Assembly (NCBI GenBank): GCA_964016885.1
Contig: OZ024742.1
Coordinates: forward strand, 141,732,001 to 141,796,000
Length of the DNA stretch: 64,000 nucleotides
DNA from: Eledone cirrhosa
Taxonomy: Eukaryota
Direction: 5' to 3'
The position numbers and the translations under genes were made by a program. This document shows, one piece after another, positions 26,432 to 39,591 of this stretch (the stretch's first letter is position 1; each line of letters begins with the position of its first letter). Below the pieces are notes generated by a model. That model had not been told where the DNA came from, made no database searches, and saw only the letters and a list, made by a program, of their open reading frames with translations.

Positions 26432-26432
<1 letters not shown>
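25953..26432 (+). mobile_element. Partial-tandem (~1.3 units, period ~376 bp) hammerhead-bearing element
   Basis: catactactgtac...aatgaaatttcattttt repeated at 25959 and 26335. Confidence 0.7.
26184..26226 (+). ncRNA. Minimal type I hammerhead ribozyme
   Basis: acggtg CTGATGA c-agct-aata-agct-a GAAAC ta GTT catcgt. Confidence 0.8.
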
Positions 26433-26471
<39 letters not shown>

Positions 26472-26624
26472 ATGTGTGTGTGTGTGTGTGTGTGTGAGTT
26501 TGTGTGTGTGTGTGTGTTTATGATTTTATAAATCAAGTAACATGAATATTGAATATTTTTATTACTCACATAATATATTGCATGGTACATCCCTAAGTGT
26601 GTGCGCACGTGTATACATATATAT

Positions 26625-26664
<40 letters not shown>

Positions 26665-26668
<4 letters not shown>

Positions 26669-27012
26669 ATACTTTGGGAGGGTCATGTTGCCAATAAGAA
26701 ACACACGCACCAGTTGCTATCACTTCAATTTATTATAATAAATTTATAAATTTAGGAATTTATAAATTTCTGGTTGGTTGGTTGGTTCCACAACCAGATG
26801 ATTGTTCATATATTGTCAAAGTTCTTTGTGAAACCAACCAACCAATCGGAAATTTATAAATTCCTAAATTTATGAATTTATTATAATAAATTGAAGTGAT
26901 AGAAACTGGTGCGTGTGTTCCTTATTGGCAACATGACCCTCCCAAAGAATAACAATATCGGTTTCAACACACGTTTTCAGATAAAGAAACTTGCTAAACA
27001 AATTCAGAAACG

Positions 27013-27014
<2 letters not shown>
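26665..27014 (+). mobile_element. Naiad-like PLE pLTR inverted pair plus tail
   Basis: Inverted arms ~26665-26788 / 26830-26955; arm end and tail encode [27 protein letters not shown]; homologous to 28020-28175. Confidence 0.75.
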
Positions 27015-27096
<82 letters not shown>

Positions 27097-27197
27097 TATA
27101 TACATATATATATATATTTATATATATACATATATATATATACATATATATATATATACATATATGTATATATATATAAATATATATATATATATAA

Positions 27198-27230
<33 letters not shown>

Positions 27231-27303
27231 TCGTTTCTGAATTTGTTTAGCAAGATTCTTTATCTGAAATCGTGTGTTGAAACCGATATTGTTATACTTT
27301 GGG

Positions 27304-27612
27304 ATAAGATGTACAGAAGGACAATGTAGAAACAAAAATATAGTGTACATAGGTGAGACAGCTCGTAGTATAGGGGAACGAATAAATGAACACTGGCGAG
27401 ACCTCCAAGATAATAAAGAATCATCTGTGCTCTACCAACATGCTAAGATAGAACACAGGGGTAGATTAGAGAACATAGAAATAAAAATAGAATCCACACA
27501 CAGAAAAGACGCAATGTTTAGGCAAATTACAGAGGCAGTAAGCATAAAAGAATTAAAACCAAAATTAAATAGAAAATATGAGTGGAACAGCAACATCACA
27601 ACTTACAATTAA
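27304..27612 (+). pseudogene. PLE GIY-YIG endonuclease (5'-truncated)
   Basis: IRC....C.....VYIGETARS..ER..EH...S.LYQH....H...RQITEAV.I.....LNRKYEW. Confidence 0.85.
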
Positions 27613-27964
27613 GGACAAAATGAAAACACACACACACATAGAACAAACAACTTACAATTAAGGACAAAATGAAAACACACACAGGACAAAATGAAAACAC
27701 ACACACACATAGAACAAACAACTTACAATTAAGGACAAAATGAAAACACACACAGGACAAAATGAAAACACACACACACATAGAACAAACAACCAACCAA
27801 CAATAAATAAATTAAATAAATAAACAAATAGATAAATGAACACAAACACACACAGACACCCGGATGTGGCGCATGCGCAAACTGAGCACACAACTCACAC
27901 ACAGAAACAAAATGGCGTAGGATAGAAGAAAGGAAAGGCACAGAAACAAAGGAAAGGAATCCCC

Positions 27965-28009
27965 AGTCACTGAAGAGGTCACAGAGTGTGTGACGAAAGG
28001 ACTATGACT
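27965..28009 (+). ncRNA. Minimal type I hammerhead ribozyme
   Basis: agtca CTGAAGA g-gtcaca-gagtg-tgtgac GAAAG ga CTA tgact. Confidence 0.75.
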
Positions 28010-28167
28010 ATATATAAACAACTATCTGGTTGTGGAACCAATCAACCAACCAGAAATTTATAAGTTTGTAAATTTGTAAATTTATAAATTTATAAATATA
28101 TAATAAATTGAAGTGAAAGCAACTGGTGCGTGTGTTTCTTATTGGCAACATGACCCTCCCAAAGTAT

Positions 28168-28338
<171 letters not shown>

Positions 28339-28369
28339 AATATATATATATATATTTATATATATAAAT

Positions 28370-28870
28370 AGTTTTAATATAGATGAGATTCTACAGGACT
28401 AGAACTGTTTCATTCTTTAGAAATCATCAGGAATCTGGGTATCAAAAAATAAATATGGTATTTATAGGTTTCTTCAGGTGGTACGCGAGGGTAGGAAGTG
28501 GGATGGGGAGAGGTCCTTGGTTGATAGAAAAGGGAATTCATTAAAAGCTAAATCTTTAAAGCTATAATTTATATTTAGAGTAACAAAGGCAGAAAGAATT
28601 CTATAAACAAGTTCAGAATGGGGTACCACTCCTTATTTTTAAGTTTCTCTTAAGCTAACAATGCCTAGATTTCAGGTGTCTATAAGATCGTTGGGGGTCA
28701 GTCATGGTAAATACCATATTTATTTTTTGATACCCAGATTCCTGATGATTTCTAAAGAATGAAACAATTCTAGTCCTGTAGAATCTCATCTATATTAAAA
28801 CTTTTATACTCTGCAATGTATTGAGTACCTTACTTACTGTGGTTACCTCCGATTCAACCCGGAATAACAT
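28370..28870 (+). mobile_element. Inverted-arm PLE-derived insert: arms 28370-28464 / 28708-28802 plus tail
   Basis: Each arm holds a full hammerhead; TA flanks. Confidence 0.8.
28386..28436 (-). ncRNA. Type I hammerhead ribozyme (mirror copy on + at 28736-28786)
   Basis: agattc CTGATGA t-ttc-taaa-gaa-t GAAACag ttctagtc ctGTA gaatct. Confidence 0.8.
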
Positions 28871-28880
28871 ATATATATAA

Positions 28881-28994
<114 letters not shown>

Positions 28995-29013
28995 GTATAT
29001 ATATGCATACATA

Positions 29014-29065
<52 letters not shown>

Positions 29066-29069
<4 letters not shown>

Positions 29070-29263
29070 ATAAAAACACTTGAGTGCATTAGAGTCAAAC
29101 ACACTCGTCGCATTAGAGAAATGACAGTACAAGAGATAGCTCAATATTATCAAACAGAGCCGAAAAAATTATATAGATCAACAAAGAACCCTTTAATACA
29201 TTAAACATCTTTATTCGAATAAAGATTTTTAATGTATTAAAGACTTCTTTGTTGATTTATATA

Positions 29264-29267
<4 letters not shown>
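29066..29267 (-). mobile_element. Palindromic insert (centre ~29217) with left tail; related tail-only copy at 29293-29385
   Basis: atctttattcgaataaagat centre; ~50-bp arms. Confidence 0.7.
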
Positions 29268-29294
<27 letters not shown>

Positions 29295-29420
29295 AGAATT
29301 AAAATAGTAGAGTGTGTTGGAGTTAAACACCCTCTTCATATTATAGAAATGACAGTATAAGATATAGCTCAATGTAATTAAACATATATATATATATGCA
29401 CATTATTAATCAGGAAATAG

Positions 29421-29609
29421 GGCGGTGAACTGACAGGATTGGTAGAGGGTCGGACGCCATGCTTTGACGCATAGAGTTACGGCCCTTGCCATTCTGAGTT
29501 CAAATCGCGCCGAGGTTAACTTTGCCTTTCATCCTTACGAGGTCGATAAAATAAAGTACCAGTAATGTACTGAGTAATTGCTGGCCTTGTGCCAATAGTA
29601 GAAACAATT
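29421..29609 (+). mobile_element. Full-length SINE with TSD
   Basis: TSD attattaatcaggaaata at 29402-29419 and 29607-29624; A/B boxes. Confidence 0.9.
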
Positions 29610-30329
29610 ATTAATCAGGAAATATGAAACGTGACGTCTATCACTGCGAGATTTGAATTCAGAATTCTGAGACACGTATGGAAGCACTGTAAGTTATTTT
29701 ATCCGGTGGATTATATCGTTTCTGCCAATTCATTGACATGATAATAATATAAAATGTCTATTCTGTTTTTCCTGATGTGTGTATGACTGTTACGCATTCA
29801 GAAACCTACACTTTGGAACGAAAGCTAAAATTTAATCAAAATATTTTACAACTTTATGTGTTACACTATAAATAACTTTAACTAGGTAACGAAAGATCTA
29901 TTATATTACAAATTGTTCGTAATAGATTACGTGTGGTGTAAAAAAAAACATCGCTCACGCTGAGGAGAGGTGATCGTAAAAGTGTGTGTGTGATAATAAG
30001 TGAGAAAGAAAGTGGTTTGGGTCGTGTCAGCAACAAACGGTGATTTGTTTTAAATTTTTAATCTCACATTTTTATTGAATAAATATGCGTGCAGGAGATA
30101 GAAAATGTGTATGGTGGTGAAGGTGAAGGGGCTGGTGTTGACATGTTTATTTTTAAAATAATGTTTATCACCAAATTATAAATGGGTAGCATATTCCAAT
30201 TTTCGAGTTCCAGTAGTTTTTGAATATATTTTTTATACACATATGCAAACACACGCACACAAGCACGCGCGCGCACACACACACACACACGCGCGCACAC
30301 ACACATATATATATATCTTGTATTTTAAC

Positions 30330-30543
30330 TTTTATTTTCCACTTCATGTTTTATTTTTTTCTCCTTTTTCTCCACTAACTACCCCCTCACTCCTTCTCGG
30401 AGTCCCCCCCCCACACTCTCCCGATGAAGGGTTTATACCCGAAACGTCGCACCCACACATCCCACTCTCACTAAGCGTGAACCCAATACCATTTGTAACT
30501 TGTACTCCTGTACTCCTGCGTTGTTGTTGTCTTTTATATTCCT
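30330..30543 (+). mobile_element. Solo pLTR of a Neptune-like PLE with hammerhead-like motif (30421-30448)
   Basis: CCGATGA a-ggg-tttata-ccc GAAACGTC; aagcgtgaacc downstream, shared with the pLTR at 47140-47275. Confidence 0.65.
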
Positions 30544-30562
30544 ATATATATATATATATATA

Positions 30563-31080
30563 TAATAAAAGAGTAAACACAGAAAACTGATCTAGGAATC
30601 CTTCCACTTTTACCCCTCCCTCCATCTCCGCTTGTCACTCTACTTTCTAATTCTTCTCCCCCTTCCTCTCTCTCTACACTACTCCGTTTGCAATCTACTT
30701 CCTTTCCCCCTTCCTCTATCTCTATACTAGTAAATACAATTCCCCAAAAATGTTTTTTTATATATTAAGAACCTTTGAAGAGTAACGTATTCACTATTTT
30801 GAAAATTTGGAGGTGAACAGCAATTATTATTGAGTGGCTGCTATTTGCAGTATAGCAATATAAGGTTGCACTTACCAATGAAACGGTCGTAAATACCTGA
30901 ATAAAATCCTTTTTTTAATGCTTACCTGTGTTTTCTCTTTTATTCTTTATACTCCAAGATTGAACGTGATTCTTACAAAGTTGTGGAGTTACCCCTAACC
31001 GTACGTTGAAACCGTCCATGAAACTGGCTTTCTTAATCACGAACTGGATTACAATAAGAAATTTTCTGCTTCCCTAACTA
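30563..31080 (+). mobile_element. PLE pLTR with 20-bp inverted arm, long-stem-II hammerhead (30795-30895) and tail related to 16956-17121
   Basis: taataaaagagtaaacacag / ctgtgttttctcttttatt; tatt TTGAAAA t-ttgg...ccaa-t GAAACggtcGTA aata; shared tactccaagatt, ccgtacg, aactggattac. Confidence 0.65.
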
Positions 31081-31085
31081 TATAT

Positions 31086-31505
31086 ATAACGAAGGAAGTG
31101 TGGTAAGGAACAAGATGGACCATAACGCACCAGAGTACTCAATACTTAGGGTAGTAGAGTGGGTAATAGGAAAATATTTGACCCCGACGGCAGAGCTCAA
31201 GCCGTTTCGACGCCTATTTCTGGACTCCAGAAATAGTCCAGAAATAGCCGTCGAAACGGCTTGAGCTCTGCCGTCGGGTTCAAACATTTTCCTATATATA
31301 TATATATATATATATACACACAGTATATATATATATATATAGGAAAAAGTATGACCCCGACGGCAGAGCTCAAGCCGTTTCGACGGATATTTCTGGAGCT
31401 CTGCCGTCGAGTCATACTTTTTCTTATTTCCCACTCTACTACCCTAAGTATTGAGTACTCTGGTGCGTAATGGTCCATTTGGTTCCTTACCACAATTCCT
31501 TTGTT
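31086..31505. mobile_element. Two family A inverted-arm inserts in opposite orientation (31086-31293, 31341-31505)
   Basis: Homology to 3617-3874. Confidence 0.8.
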
Positions 31506-31525
31506 ATATATATATATATATATAT

Positions 31526-31755
31526 AGTAATAATAATAAATTTGAAGACTAAAATCCAAAGAGGGCTCGATAAGGATAAATATATATCAAATATATAAGA
31601 ACCGTAGAGCAAATATTTATTAAAATAACAGATTAAAGTTTAAGCAAAGAATCGCTGCTTTCACCCTTAACGGGATCTTCTGAAACTCCCGTTAAGAAGA
31701 ACCCGTTAAGGGTGAAAGCAGCGATTCTTTGCTTAAACTTTAATCTGTTATTTTA

Positions 31756-31762
<7 letters not shown>
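31526..31762 (-). mobile_element. Family B inverted-arm insert with tail; other copies ~1598-1705, 25572-25637, 32128-32196, 46812-47051
   Basis: Shared aaataacagattaaagtttaagcaaagaatcgctgctttcaccc and ttttagtcttcaaatttattattattact. Confidence 0.8.
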
Positions 31763-31799
<37 letters not shown>

Positions 31800-31812
31800 A
31801 TATATCTATATA

Positions 31813-32505
31813 TCTATACTATAAAGCTGACGGCCGTATGTAAGTAACAAACTTTCCGCCAAGCGGCTGGACCAAACGGCACCAAATTTGCACCATAGAT
31901 GTAACTTTTTCTAAGTAAGAAAGTGAGGGTATTTTAGTCTACTGAATTTTGTTAAAAGATTAAAGACATTATTTAAATATTCACTTCTTTAAAATTTTGA
32001 AATGTCAACACTTCCGGTTATACGACATTCCTAACGTCTTCACGAACCAAAGTATCATCTTCCTGTTTTCTTTCGTTTGCAACGTTTTTCGAAATATTTA
32101 CTTCTGCGTTCACAGATTGATTATTTTAGTTTCAGAACATCCCGTTAAGGGTGAAAGCAGCGAGTCTTTGCTTAAACTTTAATCTGTTATTTTAATATAT
32201 GTATATAATTATATATTCGTGTACAGATATTTTTACATACACAAAAACAAAATATAAACAAACATATTTATTTCACAAAAGCACAGACGGCTTATATGCC
32301 ACCCAAAAAGTCCTAGCCGATATGCCACCCCAAAAGTCTTAGCCTGGCCGCAAGATCAGATTTTCCAGAAGAAAAAATGTTACTAGAGCAACAGAGCGAC
32401 TAAGCTTCGCGATTACCATCAATAAAGCTCAGGGTCAAACCCTAAAAGTGGCTGGCCTTCATCTGGGAAAACCATGGTCAATTGTATGTAGGATGTTCTA
32501 GGGTG
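31813..32505 (+). mobile_element. Helitron remnant: 5' end plus PIF1-helicase motif V/VI fragment (32397-32505)
   Basis: TCtatactataaag 5' terminus after A; manual translation RLSFAITINKAQGQTLKVAGLHLGK..HGQLYVGCSRV. Confidence 0.7.
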
Positions 32506-32713
32506 AGCTAAGGAAGTGGAGAGGAAGGAGAGAAGAAGAAAAGAAACCTATAATGAAAGATCATCTTAAAGTTTACCCAAGCCAAATGTATTTATTAACA
32601 TTTATATCTGCAGGTTATTAGCAAGATTACTGGCACTTTAGTATTGTATTCAATTCTCATATCGTTTTTGATTGATATGGTGCATATATCGCAGCTATTC
32701 ATATGTTTTAAAC

Positions 32714-34911
32714 CAGGGCTTCCCAACCTTTTTTCACTATGGACCCTCAAGCAGAATCCTTTTTCGCTATGGACCCCCAAGAGCATTCAAAACTTAGGAC
32801 ATTAATTCAACAAACAAAATTTATTCGTAATGATCAAAGAGTCCTCCGGGCACACGTTTTTAGTGAGAGCCTTGTGGCTGTTTATTACTCACGAGAGCAG
32901 AAATCCGTGGTTGTAGGTCACTCAGACGGAGCCTCATTTCTGGATTATCGTTCAAGTGCAAGCTCCTTCGTTGCTTTGTGAATGAATGAAGTAAAAGCGA
33001 AAAGCCCTTCTCCACCAAATTGGACATTGGTAGATTAATTATAAATAGTTCCACCTTTTCATACAAGGTTTTATATTTGATCGAGCTTTACAGCCACGCT
33101 TTGACCCAATTTTTCTCAGAGGCCTGAATCAAGCGCTCGTCAGCAATGGCCTCGCACAGCTCAATCTGGACGCATTCAGGTTGATTCATGACATCCTCCA
33201 TTGTCATGGTATGAAGTAATTCGACAACAGGTGATATGCTCAACTGTAGAAGATCCTCAAAACGAGTTTGAAAGTTATCATGCAAGAAAGACGAATGATC
33301 CACAATAATTGTTTGTAACTCACAATCAATTTCCTTGCCATCCAAACTAGAAAAATGACAGAAGTCACGCGTCATGGCTTTCATTTTCCAAACCACAAAT
33401 TTCTTCATGAATGCCTTTATAACTTGTTTAGCACATACGATGTTCATATCCTGGTTTTGCGTGGATAAATTCAGTTCATTGAGTTTCCGAAATATCTCTT
33501 CCAAGTACAATATAACAATCTTGTTATCAATAAGTGAATTCCTCAGAACAGTGTCTCTGTTCTGCAAAAATTCCAAAACTTTGTCAAACAGTACGACAAA
33601 TCTCGTGAGACAGTTACCCATTGAAAGCCAACTTACGTCTGTAGAATAAACAAGCCGATGTAAATTTCCGTCACGACAAGCATCCTGGAAAAGCCTGTCT
33701 TGAAGGGCTCGTGTTCTTATTTTGTTGACGGATGAAACAACCGTTTGAAGACTGGCCATAAGATCACGGTTACTAATTATTTTTGCAACCAAAATTTCCC
33801 GATGTAAAACACAATGAATAGTAAACACTCTTCTATCTTCAATTAATCTGCACACAAATACTTTTCCTTTGCCGATCATTGACCATCTGTGCAAATGGAT
33901 ATCATGTTATCCATGTTAATATCATTTGTCTTTAAAAAGCCGGTGACAGCGTTGCACACTTGTTCTCCTGTAGTCTTGATGAGACTTTTCATAAAGAGCA
34001 TCTCCTCACATATTCTGGAATCTTTGATGTAGCGGACAAAAGCAAGGAGCACAGACTGATTTTCAAAGGTACTTTCATCAACAGTTAATGAAAATTTGGT
34101 GTGTCGCAGGTCTTGAATAAGGATGGACTTGACATCATCTGCTAATTCGCGATGAAATGGTATTGTTGGATAAAGGTATGCTGTTGAGAACAGACTCTGG
34201 ATTAGAAATATTAGCCACTTTATATGCTTCCATGATTGCAGGTTTGATGAGGTCCTCAGCAATTGTATGCGGTCGACCTTGTTTGGCAATGAAAAGCGCA
34301 ATATTGTCCGACGTGGTGAGTCCAGAACCGCTATTGCTCTCGATGAGGAATCCTTTCAATTTTGATGACAAAGAACGGGCGCTGTCACTGAGCGCTTCGA
34401 AGTATTCTTTAGGTTTGTTGACCAATGAGGGACGACACTTGTTGAGGTGTAAAGAAAGTTTGGCGGGTTTCATTGATGCATTCGTCAGTTGTGTCAAACA
34501 AATAAGACACTGTGGTAGTAATGGATTGTTCTTGCTGCTAATAAATCCATATTGAATATAAGAGGGATCATACTGCCTACATTTCTTCTTGCTTTTGCTC
34601 ATATTTAATTGTTATGGGAAGAAACCTAAAATAGAAAAATGCAATTAAGAAGCTTTTTAAAATTTACAATTTACAATTCAAATTCCAGAAATGAAGACGT
34701 TTCTTCTTGATGCTTGAAAACGTATGTATCGTACTTAAAACGATTTAATTGAAAAGGAAAGAAAATAATTGAAAATATTAAGAAAAGTGCAATAACTTTT
34801 ACTAAATCAACTCATTTATTGTTCATTTAATTGTGTACATTTAACTCAGCATTTTTCTGTGGACCCCCTGTAATCGCGCGATGGACCCCTGGACCCCGTT
34901 GGGATGCCCTG
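32714..34911 (-). mobile_element. hAT DNA transposon, Buster/Charlie group
   Basis: TIRs cagggcttcccaac / gttgggatgccctg; perfect 8-bp TSD ttttaaac (32706-32713, 34912-34919); subterminal tggacccc motifs. Confidence 0.95.
32860..34602 (-). pseudogene. Frameshifted Buster-type hAT transposase (BED finger + DDE)
   Basis: KCRQYDPSYIQYGF..PQCLIC..SMKPAKL; IPLSNNTI.SRI; FSLTVDEST; ICTDG; IHCVLHRE across 4 ORFs. Confidence 0.9.
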
Positions 34912-35293
34912 TTTTAAACATTAGATAACGATTGTTGATGTATATTGTGCGACAGAATTAGTTGAAAAATATTTTGAATGAACAAATAAAAGAGATATAA
35001 AAGAGAGATGTTTGTTGGTTGGTACCTTCGCGTATCACACGAAAAAAAAAAAAAAAAATGACAATCGGAAAGTTTATACAGGATTGGGATAAGAGTATAT
35101 CCAGGAAAGTTTATTGATACTAATTTTATAACACCAAAGAAGAAGAAAGATACCACGTATGCTAACCAACCTGACTGCTATTTCTAGCAGGTTGGGAATC
35201 AACCATAACGGATTCTCTCTGCGAGTTCATTGTCAGTGATGATCGTGTTTCGCGGCCTGTCTCCGATTTCAACGGTGGATTACACACACGCAC

Positions 35294-35389
<96 letters not shown>

Positions 35390-35422
35390 GCACACACACA
35401 CACACACGAACACTCACACAGG

Positions 35423-35454
<32 letters not shown>

Positions 35455-35500
35455 CACACACACACACACATATATATATATACACACACACTCACACACG

Positions 35501-35542
<42 letters not shown>

Positions 35543-35989
35543 CACAAACACACACAAACATACACACACACACACACACACACACAATACACACACGGTG
35601 TAAACAAGACAATGCATTCAATACAGACGTTTTCTTTTCTGCCGGTCTTCTCTTATCATTTGTTAACCTTGGCGAAGCTGAGTACCTCAACTAGTAACAA
35701 ATAAAACATTTAAAACGCCATATTGTTATCTTTTACTTGGTGTTTCTAATTAAAATGTGAATTTCCACGGTGTCAACGAGTGTAAATCAAAATTGTTTAC
35801 CATCAAGTTTGTGTGTTACATTTCGAACAACGTTAACTATAGAACAAAAATGAACTAACGAAATAATGTTATGAAGATCTATAAATTCATGCATCAAAAT
35901 AGAAATAAGAAAATTAATAAAATGTATAAGTTCAGAAAGTTTCGTAAGTAGATATGAAACCTACCCTTTGTTGTCAACACACATATCAT

Positions 35990-36031
<42 letters not shown>

Positions 36032-36135
36032 ATGTACTATAAAATGTATGTCCATATTTGGACATCGTTGCCCACCTGATAACATCAGCTATTTTTATAT
36101 ATATATATATATGTAAGTATGTTTTGAAACATACT

Positions 36136-36179
<44 letters not shown>

Positions 36180-36185
36180 TGTTGG

Positions 36186-36281
36186 GACCCCGACGGCTGA
36201 ACTCTTGCCGTTTCAACAGCTAGTTCCGAACTGAATCGCCGGTGTTTTAGCGGCAAAAATAGCTGATGTTATCAGGTGGGC
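36186..36281 (-). ncRNA. Complete but degenerate family A hammerhead (long stems II and III)
   Basis: gcccac CTGATAA catcagcta...tagctgtt GAAACggc-aagagttca-gccGTC ggggtc; C3/A8 mismatch. Confidence 0.55.
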
Positions 36282-36372
36282 ATCGATGTCCAAATATGGA
36301 CATACATTTTATAGTACTCTGGTGGGTAATTGTCTAATAGGTCACTGTATCCATTTTGATTTACATATATAT

Positions 36373-36777
36373 AAGAATAACATTTAAAAGATACGATATT
36401 ACATAAATCGTTTATTCATTATAATTATTTCAATGGTTCGCTTATGTAATCGATGATGTAAAGTATGCATTTGTTGTTGGTATGGAAACGATATATTCAG
36501 ATTAGAATCCGATTATGTGATATGCCACAGACAAAAAAAAAACGTCCTTCTTGTGTGCCCGGCAACAACAAATGCTTGCCAACAACAAATACATACGTTA
36601 CATCGTGGATTGCATAAGGGAACCATTGAAATAATTATAATGAATAAACGATTTATGTAATGTCAGTATCATTTTTTATGTTATTCTTATACTGATTCTC
36701 CACCGTAACTACACACTACAAATGTAGAGAGCTTTCTCCTGCTTACTCCTGTTTTTTTACCAAAACAATTCTTACTG

Positions 36778-36780
<3 letters not shown>
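36373..36780 (+). mobile_element. Diverged inverted-arm insert: arms 36373-36481 / 36576-36688 plus tail
   Basis: Inverted arms with ~15% divergence by eye; tail ttctcc..ctacaaatgtagagagc. Confidence 0.7.
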
Positions 36781-36812
<32 letters not shown>

Positions 36813-36813
36813 G

Positions 36814-36892
<79 letters not shown>

Positions 36893-37267
36893 GTGTGTGT
36901 GTGTATGTGTGTGTATTTCAACAATCTTCTAGTTTAGTGAAGTTGCTAAATGAATATGCTCCGCAGTGGAATTCTAATAAGATCGAAACATCTCTAATAC
37001 TTTCACCAAATTACCATTAAGACAGGGTGCACCTATACAGACTAAAGGTGTTCTCATCCTCGTTTATTTCCCTGGGAAGTCTCGTATTGAAATTGCAGGT
37101 ATAATCTGAGTTGGCTGAATATATTTACTCTCACACATGTATGTATGTATGTATGTATGTATGTATGTATGTATGTATGTATGTATGTATGTATGTATGT
37201 ATGTATGTATGCATGTATGTATGTACATTCATGTATGTACACTCATGTATGTACATGTATGTATGTA

Positions 37268-37579
37268 TTGTTCTTCTTTTTGGTAAGTATCATCTTGGTT
37301 AAGAGAGTGGGTCTGGCTTTGTGCAGTGCCTTTGCTCACTATAAAAGCTTCACGGCACAGGCATTGCTTTATATCTGGAGATCTCTCTGCACTTGTCGTC
37401 ACATGGTACCATGGCCCCAGCACTATGTGTCAATAATTGTCACAAGTGTAGTGTTTGTACCAGAGTTTTCAAGTCGCTGGCTGGACTAAAAAGTCACACT
37501 CGTTCAGCGCATCGGTAGGGGTTCTCCTACATGTATATAAAGTAGTGGCCGTACTCGAAAAAGTGTTGGCAGCCACCAT
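37268..37579 (-). mobile_element. ~310-bp non-autonomous retroelement in a (TACA)n tract, copy 2
   Basis: Match to 3878-4188; TATG repeats on both sides. Confidence 0.8.
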
Positions 37580-38654
37580 ATATGTATGTATGTATGTATG
37601 TACATTCATATGTGCGCATGTATGTTGTGTATATGTATGTATGTATATGTTATAACTGAAAAAGTTTATTATATATATTAAATCTGACTATAGAATTAAG
37701 AATTACATGACAAAAATATATAGAATTAAGATATATAGAAGCAAAACACAAAAATTGCTATAAAGAAAAGGGTTAAAAATAAATCACTATCACATTCAAT
37801 TTAAAGATTTAAAGGCGTCGGAAATGAATGATGGACGTAGAAAAAATAAAGAAAAAAATATAGGAAATGTCAAACTTTAAGAAATATCTCACAATCTGAA
37901 CTGATATCAGGAAAAATTATAATGTAATGTTTTCCTTTCTTTTTTAATTTACTAAAGCTATAAATATAGTTGAAATAGCTTGTCTGCATTGAAGATGAAA
38001 ACATAGATCATTGAAGAAATTTTAGATATAAAGAAGAACATATTTCTAAAGAAAATTTACATATCACATTATTTTAAATGTGTTTAATTGGAGGATTAAT
38101 ATGCGTAAATGGAAGTATAGAAAAGAAACAATGCAACAGTATTAAGTAACATGACGTATGCAAAGCTGTCTACCATACAAAAATTATGCGAAATTTGATT
38201 TTTGAGGAAACTTATGAAAAGGCTAGTAGTTAATGTTTAAATTCCAGGGATGGTTTACCATATATACCGGGATTCTTGGATATATGAATACTAATACAAA
38301 CTGGGAGTGTTGATCTCTGATACGTAGAATGTGATTAAAGTTAAACAGGATATTTTAATCATATACTTTTAAGGCATAATTACACAAATGTTCAACATAT
38401 GTACAAATGACATACAGAATTAAATGTATGAGTAACTTGGGAGAAATAGCTATTTAGAGAGACAAATGTAGGGTTAGAACCCAGGACTGCCTAACTGGAA
38501 AGCAAACTTCTTATTGTAACAACATGACTGATATAGGAAATACATTGTGTGCGTATGTGTATATATATTTGTGTGTGTTAATTTTGAAGTGTCACAGATG
38601 GAGATGTACATAAATATACACAGACAAGTAGCATATCATTATGGTTGATGTGAT

Positions 38655-38840
38655 GATGAATTAGCAGTATCGGTAGAGGGTCGGACGCCATGCTTTGACA
38701 CATAGAGTTACGGCCCTTGCCATTCTGAGTTCAAATCCCGCCGAGGTTAACTTTGCCTTTCATCCTTACGGGGTCGATAAAATAAAGTACCAGTAATGTA
38801 CTGAGTAATTGCTGGCCTTGTGCCAATAGTAGAAACAATT
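38655..38840 (+). mobile_element. SINE with TSD attatggttgat
   Basis: TSD at 38638-38649 and 38838-38849. Confidence 0.9.
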
Positions 38841-39444
38841 ATGGTTGATAAGGCAGTGAATCAGCAAAATAAGGCTTCGTTTTGAATGCTTTGCGGGGGT
38901 CATTCCGGATCACTGAACTCTCAGCTGAAATCCTGTTGAGGTAAAATTGGAATTTACTTTTCATCCTTTTGAGGGATCGATAAATAATAGCAGTCCAGTG
39001 AAGTGTTATATTTTTTTCTCTCACTTTCTTTTTCTCTCTCTCCCTCGAAAAAGAAAACTGTGTGTTGCCCAGTTTAAAATATCACGACGTCGCCCGTGCA
39101 ACTTAATTAAAAGTTATGGGATTAATGATTAAAATATAACTAGATAGAATTATGACAAAAATTAGATCCTATTTCAGTTGACACCTCAATGAAGATAGAA
39201 TGGTTAAACTATAAATACGGTATCTTAGTTTCTAAGTTTATAGCCACTTAATCCACATTTAAACATTTTTTTTTTTATTTACATTATTTTCAGATTTCTG
39301 TATTCCAGAAATGAGGAGTGAACGTATATGTGTATATATATATGTATATAACGAAGGAAATGTGGTAAGGTACCAAGTGGACCATTTCAGTCCAGAATTA
39401 GCCGTCGAAAGGGCTTGAGCTCAGCCGTCGGGGTCTTATTTGTT

Positions 39445-39504
<60 letters not shown>

Positions 39505-39591
39505 AACATATATATATATATGAGAATAGAGGAGGCAAAAACCTGATCTCAACGCCAGTATATGTATGTATGTATGTGTGTATGTATGTAT

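Noticed and set aside
37690-38500. A-rich stretch possibly a very old LINE fragment
   Set aside because: No motif could be reconstructed with confidence
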